Source of the DNA: Methanococcus maripaludis
GTDB lineage: Archaea > AGJL01 > Methanococci > Methanococcales > Methanococcaceae
Length of the DNA: 32,000 nucleotides
NCBI RefSeq assembly: GCF_002945325.1
Contig: NZ_CP026606.1
Location: 1,020,001 to 1,052,000 of the forward strand
Direction: 5' to 3'
In this document: positions 23,840 to 32,000 of the stretch, piece by piece
Numbering within the stretch: position 1 is the stretch's first letter
Layout of the letters: every line of letters begins with the position of its first letter
Position numbers and translations under genes: made by a program
The notes under the pieces: generated by a model
Seen by the model: only the letters and a program-made list of their open reading frames with translations
What the model was told of the DNA's origin: nothing
Database searches by the model: none

Positions 23840-24322
23840 TTAGCATGATTTAATAAATAACAAACCTTTTTCTTTGGCTATTTTATCAAATTCGTCATAA
23901 AGTTCTTTTAATTTTTCGTTATCTATCGTTATCCTCATTCTAGCAGAAGATTCTGCGATAGGGTCAGGCATTGTTAAATCTAAATCTACAACTGTACCTA
24001 TTTCATTAATTCTATCAATCGTATCGAGTACATCTGTATCAACAATGTGTCCTACGACTACAATTTCCAGATTTATTTTTTTCCTTTTTTCATTTATTTT
24101 GGCAACGATAACATCCAATTTTTCAAGGTTTTCAATAATAGAATGTAACAAATTATCGTTTAATTTTTCGATCACGACTTTTACAGGAACCCTTCCATCT
24201 CGTGTTTTATTTTCACGCATATGAATAACGCTAAAAATATTAGCTCCCGCAGAAGATATCGGTTGCAATGCTTTCAAAAGCTCTCCGGGGGAATCCTTGA
24301 GTTCTAGATCAAGAAATATCAT
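23840..24322 (-). CDS. ACT domain protein, likely amino-acid sensing regulator
   Basis: MIFLDLELKDSPGELLKALQPISSAGANIFSVIHMREN...; the ORF extends upstream to 24382, but the conserved start appears to be 24322. Confidence 0.8.
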   Translation of the reverse strand: MIFLDLELKDSPGELLKALQPISSAGANIFSVIHMRENKTRDGRVPVKVVIEKLNDNLLHSIIENLEKLDVIVAKINEKRKKINLEIVVVGHIVDTDVLDTIDRINEIGTVVDLDLTMPDPIAESSARMRITIDNEKLKELYDEFDKIAKEKGLLFIKSC

Positions 24323-24492
24323 TTTTTCACCAGTCAGTATTTCGGATGTAACATAGATACTATTCATAATCATGTTATACACAACAAGTATAAATATTAG
24401 ACCAAAGCCCCTTAAAAGTTAGATCTGAACGATCGGACGCGCTCGAGATTATTAAAAAATTGATAGCTGAAAAATAAAAAAAGAAAAAAGAA

Positions 24493-26094
24493 TTAAATTC
24501 CTTTAAAGCACTTTTTCAAATGTTCTTTTGACGGCGCTTTAGTTAAAAGACTCACCAAAACGGTTGCAATAAATGCAAGCGGTAGGGAGATTACCATTGG
24601 GTCTACATAAGGCCAGGGCATCGCGGAAATCAAAACGTCCCTACCAATCAGCATTTTTGAAATTCCAAGTGCTGCTGACTCCGCTTGATGAACGAATACT
24701 AAGCAGAACAGACTTACAAAAGTACCTGTTAAAAGACCTGCAATTGCCCCTTCTTTTGTGGTTCTTTTCCAGAATAGTCCTAACGCATATGCCGGTAAAA
24801 ACGCAGCACTACAGAGTCCAAAGAATAATGCAGTTCCTCTTGCAACTATTCCTCCTGGAAGAATGTACCCTAGAATTGCAGCAATTACAATTGCAACAAT
24901 AATTCCTAATCTCGTTATAATTACTGAATTTAATCCTTTTTTACCACAAATGGTTTCATAAACGTCCCTTCCAATTGATGTTCCTTGAGCGTGGAACTGG
25001 CTTGAAATTGTTGACATTGCAGCTGCAAGCAGTGAAACCAAGAATATGTAAATAAACCATTCCGGCATTGCTTTGTTGATATATAACGGCATGATACTGT
25101 CGCTGTTTCCTGTCGGGAATGTTTCAGACACTGTTGCACCAATTGAAAGAACACCTTCGGTATTCATGAAATAAACGTTTGAAAGGGTTCCTACAACGTA
25201 TGCAGTACCTGTTGCAATTAAAATAAAGACTGCACCAATCAAAACAGCCCTGTTTAATTCTCTGTTACTTTTTACAGTCATGAATCTAACAATAAGTTGA
25301 GGTTGTGCTAAAACTCCGATTCCAACACCTAAAATTATGCTCGAAACAATTGTCCACCACATCGGAGAACCAAAAGTTGGCATCGAAGTCCACCCTGCAT
25401 GTCCTACACTTGCAAGGTTTGCTGGAACTAACCCTGACATATTTGAAATTGCCTGGTGAGCTGTGGTAACTCCACCGAGGATATCATAAGTCATGTAGAG
25501 CAAAAACAACATTCCAAAAAACATAATCGTTCCTTGGAATGCATCCGTGTACATAACACCTTTTAAACCACCCATTACGACATATACTGCAATAATTATG
25601 GAAAATACAAGCAGTGCAACGTCAAATGAAATATTAAGTGTAGTTTCTATAAATCTTGCAGCACCAATCAAAACTGCTGCTGCATAAATTGGCATTGCAC
25701 AAAATATTAAAAGCCCTGAAAACCACTGTATAAATTTACTTTCGAATCTTTTTGCCAGTAGCTCAGGAAATGTCAGTGCATTTAAGTTATGCCCCATTTT
25801 TCTAGTTCTTTTCCCAAAAAATACAAATGCTATAAAGATACCTAAAAATATATTTAGAAACGTCAGCCATAGCAAACTCATACCAAATAGCCCTGAGAAT
25901 CCACCAAAACCAACAATTGCAGCAGTACTGATAAATGTAGCACCGTAGCTCATTGCCATAACGAATGGGTGGATTTTTCTACCTCCGACCATGTAGTCTT
26001 CAGCACTTGAAGTTCCTTTCCAACCTTTGTATCCGAGGTATCCAATAACTAACAAATATATTAAAACAATCACGTTTAGAAGAAGGATATTCAT
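24493..26094 (-). CDS. Sodium:solute symporter (SSF family), 533 aa
   Basis: Many hydrophobic helices; GYLGYKGWKGTSSAEDYMVGGRKIHPFVMAMSYGATFISTAAIVGFGG; ALLAAAMSTISSQFHAQGTSIGRDVYE. Confidence 0.92.
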   Translation of the reverse strand: MNILLLNVIVLIYLLVIGYLGYKGWKGTSSAEDYMVGGRKIHPFVMAMSYGATFISTAAIVGFGGFSGLFGMSLLWLTFLNIFLGIFIAFVFFGKRTRKMGHNLNALTFPELLAKRFESKFIQWFSGLLIFCAMPIYAAAVLIGAARFIETTLNISFDVALLVFSIIIAVYVVMGGLKGVMYTDAFQGTIMFFGMLFLLYMTYDILGGVTTAHQAISNMSGLVPANLASVGHAGWTSMPTFGSPMWWTIVSSIILGVGIGVLAQPQLIVRFMTVKSNRELNRAVLIGAVFILIATGTAYVVGTLSNVYFMNTEGVLSIGATVSETFPTGNSDSIMPLYINKAMPEWFIYIFLVSLLAAAMSTISSQFHAQGTSIGRDVYETICGKKGLNSVIITRLGIIVAIVIAAILGYILPGGIVARGTALFFGLCSAAFLPAYALGLFWKRTTKEGAIAGLLTGTFVSLFCLVFVHQAESAALGISKMLIGRDVLISAMPWPYVDPMVISLPLAFIATVLVSLLTKAPSKEHLKKCFKGI

Positions 26095-26286
26095 TTAGAC
26101 CACCGTTCCGATTTCATCTTCCATCTTTTCTTCTTCTTTTTCCCAGTCCAATTGTTCTTCAATTTCTTTTTCTTCGGTTTCTGAACCTTTATTCCAATTT
26201 AATGCCCCGTATATAACGCATAATAATGTACTTAAGATGCAGAGCACGTATGCGCTTAATACATAGGGGTCTGAAATGCCTAACAT
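26095..26286 (-). CDS. Symporter small accessory protein (63 aa, single TM plus acidic tail)
   Basis: SAYVLCILSTLLCVIYGALNWNKGSETEEKEIEEQLDWEKEEEKMEDEIG; directly abuts the symporter gene. Confidence 0.8.
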   Translation of the reverse strand: MLGISDPYVLSAYVLCILSTLLCVIYGALNWNKGSETEEKEIEEQLDWEKEEEKMEDEIGTVV

Positions 26287-26615
26287 GAAACACCTCTGAA
26301 AAGGATAGTCGTGTAATATGATGTAATCAACTAATATAACACATTATAAAACTTTTATAAACTATATGCTCAGTATTTTTTTGATTAACGAGTGTTAACA
26401 ATACTGGAATAAAACAAAACCGAGATACCCAAATCTAAAATGTTTTTCTGTACTTTTAAACAAAGCATACTTGATTATTTTGAAAATGGACATTTGATTC
26501 ATAAGGATCTCTGAAATTTACTAAACTTTAATTCTGCCACAAAATCCCTTTACCAAGTTTTAGTATATATAAATTATTGAATTCGTCAGATTAAAAAATA
26601 GAAATTTAGTGGGGA

Positions 26616-27152
26616 TTACCACCATACTTTTTTTAAATGGAGTTTGTATGCGATAATGTTCGAAGAAAAATGAATTATCGGGGAAATTACAAGTAATAGT
26701 ACAATAATGTTTGCAGGTAGTGGATACAGCGAATATGCGAATAATAATGCAAATATTATAAACGTTATTTGATCCAATAGTGGAGCGGACTGTCCCTGAT
26801 TTAAGTTAAATCTTCTTTTTATAAAGCTTCCAAGCATATCTCCAAAAAGAGCGCCAGTTGCAAGTAAAAAACTCAAAATAATATATCCTGTTAGTCCGTA
26901 ATTAAAAACTGATTCTGGGCCCATATATAATATAACTATAAAATGCTGTAAAATTCCAGTAATTATTCCAAAAAGTATTCCAAAAAAGGTGCCCCTGTAA
27001 GTTACACCATTTCCAATAATCCTGTTTCCATCGAAAAAATTTTTTCCAAAATCAACAGGTTTTCCCCCGCCCAAAATACAAGGAACTGCATTGGCTACAT
27101 ACGCAGGTAAAATATACCACAAGGCGCTAAATAACAATAAAAGTAAATCCAT
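26616..27152 (-). CDS. carS: CDP-archaeol synthase
   Basis: LWYILPAYVANAVPCILGGGKPVDFGKNFFDGNRIIGNGVTYRGTFFGIL...GDMLGSFIKRRFNLNQGQSAPLLDQ. The ORF extends to 27203; the M at 27152 fits the family N-terminus better. Confidence 0.92.
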   Translation of the reverse strand: MDLLLLLFSALWYILPAYVANAVPCILGGGKPVDFGKNFFDGNRIIGNGVTYRGTFFGILFGIITGILQHFIVILYMGPESVFNYGLTGYIILSFLLATGALFGDMLGSFIKRRFNLNQGQSAPLLDQITFIIFALLFAYSLYPLPANIIVLLLVISPIIHFSSNIIAYKLHLKKVWW

Positions 27153-27413
27153 GAAATCCCTCGAGAATATGAAATTGACACTTAGCATACTATTTTTGTA
27201 CACTATTTAAGGATTACTTCTATAAAAAAGTCGCCAGTATTTTTTAAAAATATAAAAAAATGGAGGGGTAAGAAATAGGGGGTGGTTTATGTAAAGTATG
27301 ATAATTAATTAAAATAGAACGGGGAGGGGTTTTTTAAATTTTTTGTAAATTATTAACAGTATATTATTGGTAATTAAAAGAGTCTTTTATTATATGAGGG
27401 GTGGGAATGGGAT

Positions 27414-27507
27414 TAGGAGATCAAATCTCCTACACGGTGTTATCAGTAGTGAAGTGGGGGTATGAGGGGGGTTTAAAATAACAATCTCACTACTGTTCCA
27501 CACCGTG
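27414..27507 (+). ncRNA. Candidate structured intergenic RNA/DNA element (strand tentative)
   Basis: Perfect 8-bp hairpin TAGGAGAT-CAA-ATCTCCTA (27414-27432), followed by a long stem CACGGTGT-tat-CAGTAGTGA (27433-27452) / TCACTACTG-ttcc-ACACCGTG (27487-27507) closing a G-rich 34-nt loop. Confidence 0.5.
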
Positions 27508-27777
27508 CAATCAATACATTTCAACTTTTGATATATATATCTAACGGTTATTTAATTAATTTTGAAGCTAGAATAATATTCTTTGATCAAATAACCTATG
27601 CTGATATTATTTTTTAATAATCCGCCATAGATTATGCCAATTAGAAATATTAAATGGTATTATTATAAAATCTAATATCTATTTTGCTATTACTCTACAT
27701 CTCAAATAACTATTTTTAAAAGCAGTTATTACTTTTTCTAATATTAATGGGCGCTATTAGCAATTTCAAGAATGTAT

Positions 27778-27788
27778 CTTTTTATAAG
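27778..27788 (+). promoter_or_regulatory. Candidate TATA box of the hdrA-vhu operon
   Basis: 'ctttttataag' roughly 60-70 nt upstream of the hdrA ATG; RBS-like ggaggtga at 27838-27845. Confidence 0.5.
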
Positions 27789-27849
27789 CAGGTGAGTGTA
27801 GTATAAATGTATACCAATTACCTTACTTTTTATATGTGGAGGTGAATCC

Positions 27850-29826
27850 ATGAGTGACCCCAAAGTGGGTGTATTCGTCTGCTACTGTGGTGCAAACATC
27901 AATGGTGCAGTGGATTGTGAAGCCGTAAAGGATTTCGCTTCTGAATTAGACGGTGTAGCCGTTGCAGCTACTTACCCGTTCATGTGTGCTGACCCAGGTC
28001 AAGGTCTTATTAAAGACGCGATCAAAGAGCACGGATTGGACAGGATAGTTGTTGCAGCATGCACCCCTAAGATCCACGAGCCAACCTTTAGAGGTTGCCT
28101 ACAAGACGCGGGAATATCCCCTTACTATTTAGAATTTGTAAATATTAGAGAACACGACGCATTTGTCCACATGGGCGATGTAGAGGGCGCAACCAGGAAA
28201 GCATGTGAAATGATTGCTGGTGGAGTAGAACGAGCTAAGAAATTAGAAGACGTTCCTCAAAAAGTCGTAGACGTAGATAAAAGCTGTATGGTTATCGGTG
28301 CAGGTATTGCAGGTATTCAATCTGCTCTTGACCTCGGTGACCAAGGATTCAAAGTCTACCTTGTAGACAAAGACGAGTCAATCGGAGGAAGGATGGCGCA
28401 ACTTGCAAAGACTTTCCCGACAGATGACTGTGCAATGTGAATTCTCGCACCAAAAATGGTGTCTGCAGCTAACCACCCTAACATTGAATTAATTACATTT
28501 GCTGAGATTAAAAATATCGACGGTTACATCGGAAATTTCGATGTTACACTCGAGAAAAAACCAAGATATGTTGATGAAGATACCTGTACCGGATGTGGTG
28601 CATGTGCAGCAGCATGTCCAATAGAAGTGCCTAATGAATTTGATTTAGGATTAGGTACTAGGAAAGCAATTTATGTTCCATTCCCACAAGCAGTTCCATT
28701 ACTTTACACAATCGATAAAGAACACTGTATTGATTGTGGACTTTGTGCAAAAGTTTGCTGTGCAGAGGCAGTAAGATACGATCAGAAACCTCAAGAACTC
28801 AATATCAAAGTCGGTACAATTATTACCGCAACTGGATACGATGAGTTCGATGCAACTAAAAAAGAAGAGTATGGATACGGAGTTTACGACAACGTAATTA
28901 CAACTCTCGAAGTTGAAAGGATGATTAACCCAGCTGGTCCAACCCACGGGCACGAAATCAGACCTAGCGACGGAAAAGCACCAAAAAGAACTGTATATAT
29001 ACAGTGCGTTGGTTCAAGAGACGAGAAAGTTGGAAACCCATACTGTTCAAGAGTATGCTGTATGTTTGCATTGAAAAATGCGCAGTTAATGAAAATGCAC
29101 GACCCTAATGCAGAAGTTTACATCTGTTACATGGATATCAGGGCTTTCGGTAAAGGATACGAAGAGTACTATAAGAGAGCTCAGGACCAGTTCGGAGTTA
29201 AATTCATTAGGGGAAGACCAGCTAACATCTTTGAAGATCCAGAAACTAAAAACTTGACTGTGAGAGTAGAAGACACCCTCATGGGAGAAATTTTAGAGAT
29301 CGACGCTGATTTAGTTGTTCTTTCAGCAGGATTGGAAGCTAAAAAAGATGCCGGAGAACTTGCTAAAATGCTCGGTATCGATAGAGGTCCAGAAGGATTC
29401 TTTAAAGAATTACACCCTAAATTAGCACCTGTTAACACGAAAGTTGACGGTATTGCAATTGCAGGGGTCGCTCAAGGACCAAAAGATATTCCAGATACAG
29501 TAGCACAGGCAAAAGGTGCTGCAAGTGCTGTTGCAATTCCAATGTCACAAGGTCAGTTCAAGATCGAAATGATTAGGGCAACAGTTAACGAGGAAGTATG
29601 TGGTGGCTGTAAAGTATGTGCTTTAATGTGTCCATATAACGCTATCACTTACGAAGAAAAAGACGGTCACTTGGTGGCAATAACTGATGACGTTGCATGT
29701 AAAGGATGTGGAGCTTGTGCAGCAGCATGTCCAAGCGGTGCAATGCAGTTAAGATACTACCGAGATGAACAAGTCATTGGAATGATTGACGGTATATTAA
29801 ATGCCGCAAAAATGTTAGAAGAATAA
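27850..29826 (+). CDS. hdrA: Selenocysteine-containing heterodisulfide reductase subunit A (HdrA)
   Basis: Two ORF-track pieces (27850-28440 and 28456-29826) are in the same frame, separated only by TGA 28438-28440: TFPTDDCAM-U-ILAPKMVSAANHP, where Cys-type homologues have Cys. Downstream CxxCxxCxxxC ferredoxin motifs. Confidence 0.97.
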
Positions 29827-29938
29827 TTTAAGCACAAGGAACTAGGGAATGAAATACTGAATAACTAATTATCTATTAAATTAAATTAAATTCTCAGCAA
29901 AATTAAGTTAGGAATGGTGTTAATTCAGATCATGTGAC

Positions 29939-29970
29939 GAACAACCCGAAGGCTAAGGCCAGGGGAGTTC
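29939..29970 (+). promoter_or_regulatory. SECIS element in the hdrA 3' UTR
   Basis: GAACAACCC-GAA-GGC-UAAG-GCC-A-GGGGAGUUC, the archaeal SECIS layout (GAA opposite A, 3-bp GC stem, apical loop). Confidence 0.88.
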
Positions 29971-30018
29971 TGATGAGCTACGAGTTAATTTATTAAAAAA
30001 TTAAAAAAGGGATATATT

Positions 30019-30423
30019 ATGGCAGAACCCGTAATTATGGCCTTTGTATGTTACCAGTGAGGATACGGTGCAGCCGATTTGGCTGGTACGAGCAGAATGC
30101 AATACCCTGCATCAGTTAGAGCTATTAGAGTGCCATGTACTGGTAAATTCGATATTACCTATGCATTAAGAGCATTCCAAAAAGGCGCTGATGCTGTATT
30201 CGTTGCAGGTTGAAAACCAAACGAATGTGCATTCGAAACTGGAAACTTCAAAGCTGAAGAAAGGGTTAAGTTTGGAAAACAGATCCTAGATGAACTCGGA
30301 ATCGGTGGCGAAAGACTTGAGATGTTCTTCATGTCAGGTGCTGACGCAGGTAAATTTACCGAAGCAGTTAAAGAAATGACCGATAGAGTTAAAAAACTAG
30401 GACCCAACCCAATCAAAGCGTAA
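30019..30423 (+). CDS. vhuD: F420-non-reducing hydrogenase delta subunit VhuD with two selenocysteines (134 aa; absent from ORF track)
   Basis: MAEPVIMAFVCYQ-U-GYGAADLAGTSRMQYPASVRAIRVPCTGKFDITYALRAFQKGADAVFVAG-U-KPNECAFETGNFKAEERVKFGKQILDELGIGGERLEMFFMSGADAGKF...; in-frame TGAs at 30058-30060 and 30211-30213. Confidence 0.96.
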
Positions 30424-30444
30424 AACCGTTTAAAAAGAGAATGA

Positions 30445-30476
30445 ATTTTGCGGGGAACCAAAAGGACTCGTAAAAT
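30445..30476 (+). promoter_or_regulatory. SECIS element in the vhuD 3' UTR
   Basis: AUUUUGCGGG-GAA-CC-AAAA-GG-A-CUCGUAAAAU, same layout as the hdrA element. Confidence 0.88.
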
Positions 30477-30522
30477 GACTGCCCTCTGTGTAGGGAATTT
30501 TTAACAATCACAAGGTGATTAA

Positions 30523-31389
30523 ATGGCAGATAAAGTTAAGGTAGGCATTATACAACTCTGCGGATGCTCTGGATGCCATATATCACTACTTGATTTACAC
30601 GAAGGCCTTTTGGACGTTCTTCCAGCTTTGGAAATTGTATACGCTCCAATCATTGCTGACGTAAAAGAAATTCCTGATGTTGACGTATTCTTAGTCGAAG
30701 GCGGAGTAAGAAGCGAACACGATGAACACTTGATTCATGAAATCAGGGAAAAATCAAAAGTAGTGATTGCATGGGGATCCTGTGCAGCTTTCGGAGGTAT
30801 TCCGGGACTTGGCAATATGTATACTCCAGAACAACTTAAAGAAACAGTTTATACGACAGTTTCAACAGATAACCCTGGAGTTATTCCAACTGAAGGAGTT
30901 CCTGAACTAACTACTGAGGTAAGGGCTATTTCTGATGTAGTTAAAGCAGATTACGTAATTCCTGGATGTCCTCCAAAACCTGCACTAACCGCAGGGGCAA
31001 TTGTTGCATTATTGGAAGGAAAAGATCCAGTATTACCGACAAAAATTGTATGTGATGAATGTCCAAGAACAAAAGAGAATGTATTCCCTAAAGAGTTCAA
31101 GAGATCCTTTGAAGGAACTCCTGATCCAGAGAAATGTCTCTTTGAACAAGGATACACATGCATGGGTATGGCTACAAGAGCAGGCTGTGGTGCAATGTGT
31201 CCATCAGCAAATATGCCTTGTAGAGGATGCTACGGTAAAACTGATGAAACTTTGGATCAAGGGGCAGCAGCTGCAAACACTTATGCAAATGCAGGAGAAG
31301 CAGCGCTTGAAATCCCGGATAAGGTTGCAACACTAAACAGATTCACGTTACCTGTTGCTTTAGTATCCAAAAAAATCCAAAAAGAATAA
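30523..31389 (+). CDS. vhuG: F420-non-reducing hydrogenase small subunit VhuG
   Basis: VGIIQLCGCSGCHISLLDLHEGLLDVLPALEIVYAPIIADVKEIPDVDVFLVEGGVRSEHDE...VVIAWGSCAAFGGIPG. Confidence 0.96.
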   Translation: MADKVKVGIIQLCGCSGCHISLLDLHEGLLDVLPALEIVYAPIIADVKEIPDVDVFLVEGGVRSEHDEHLIHEIREKSKVVIAWGSCAAFGGIPGLGNMYTPEQLKETVYTTVSTDNPGVIPTEGVPELTTEVRAISDVVKADYVIPGCPPKPALTAGAIVALLEGKDPVLPTKIVCDECPRTKENVFPKEFKRSFEGTPDPEKCLFEQGYTCMGMATRAGCGAMCPSANMPCRGCYGKTDETLDQGAAAANTYANAGEAALEIPDKVATLNRFTLPVALVSKKIQKE

Positions 31390-31431
31390 ACAAATACTTT
31401 CAAAAAACATAATTTAAGGATGGTGACTCTA

Positions 31432-32000
31432 TGGGTAAGGTTACTATCGAACCTCTATCCCGTTTAGAAGGGCACGGTAAGGTTTCAATAACCTTAGATG
31501 ATGCGGGAAAACCAACAGATGTAAAATTACATATTACTGCCCTTAGAGGATTCGAACAGTTTGTTGTAGGACGACCTGCAGAGGAAGTACCAAGAATAGT
31601 ACCAAGAATTTGTGGAATTTGCCAGACTCCGCACCACTTGGCAAGTGTTAAAGCAGTAGATGCTGCATGGGGTGCAGAAGTACCAAGTGCAGCCGAAAAA
31701 TTAAGAGAATTAATGCATCTTGGAAACATGATGCATTCTCACGCATTGCACTTCTATTACTTGGCAGCTCCTGACTTTGTACTTGGTCCTGATTCAGATC
31801 CTGCAGCTAGAAACATTATTGGAGTTATTGGCGCAGCTCCTGAAGTTGCTAAAAAAGCAATTGCAATGAGACGAGTTGGTCAATCAATTGTTGAAACAAT
31901 TGGTGGTAGAGCAATTCACCCTGTTACAGGAGTTCCTGGTGGGGTATCCAAAGCATTGAGCGAAGAAAAAAGAGACGAATTATTAAAAGAAATTGACGAA
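31432..32000 (+). CDS. vhuA: F420-non-reducing hydrogenase large subunit VhuA (truncated by window end)
   Basis: MGKVTIEPLSRLEGHGKVSITLDD...RIVPRICGICQTPHHLASVKAVDAAWG, the N-terminal RxCGxC NiFe-hydrogenase motif. Confidence 0.95.

Noticed and set aside
28438-28440. hdrA as a pseudogene or frameshifted gene
   Set aside because: Same reading frame on both sides, a single UGA at a conserved Cys position, a SECIS downstream and tRNA-Sec in the window all support selenocysteine recoding.
29181-31729. Minus-strand ORFs antisense to hdrA, vhuD, vhuG and vhuA
   Set aside because: Shadow ORFs of strongly conserved genes on the plus strand.

Overview
This AT-rich window is from a Methanococcus genome, very likely M. 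maripaludis or a close relative. I base that on the rRNA sequence, codon usage and gene order recalled from strain S2; no database was searched. From left to right it contains: (1) the 3' end of one rRNA operon (23S tail plus 5S), followed immediately by a second complete 16S-23S-5S operon with no spacer tRNA; 619 bp at the 3' end of the two operons are identical. (2) A leftward cluster encoding a large secreted protein, a MinD/ParA-like ATPase with a degenerate Walker A motif, and HisF, divergent from an 884-aa secreted S-layer-like protein. (3) An HTH regulator (EarA-like), a SAM methyltransferase, HmdII, a small GTPase, a roadblock protein, a PLP enzyme and a LysR-type regulator. (4) A replication/translation operon: PCNA, GINS-like, L44e, S27e, eIF2-alpha, Nop10 (missing from the ORF track), ArfB-like and a Cys-rich protein. 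(5) A selenocysteine tRNA (anticodon UCA, 9/4 fold, minus strand), homoserine dehydrogenase, an ACT protein, an SSF symporter with its small accessory protein, and CarS. (6) The selenoprotein operon hdrA-vhuD-vhuG-vhuA (partial). hdrA is split by an in-frame UGA and vhuD contains two in-frame UGAs, and each gene has a matching archaeal-type SECIS hairpin in its 3' UTR. The best candidates for something undescribed are a G-rich, strongly structured intergenic element upstream of hdrA with a partly similar element at about 15.58 kb, the secreted-protein/MinD-like cluster, and the HmdII-methyltransferase-GTPase-roadblock neighbourhood. I found no CRISPR array, insertion sequence or prophage.
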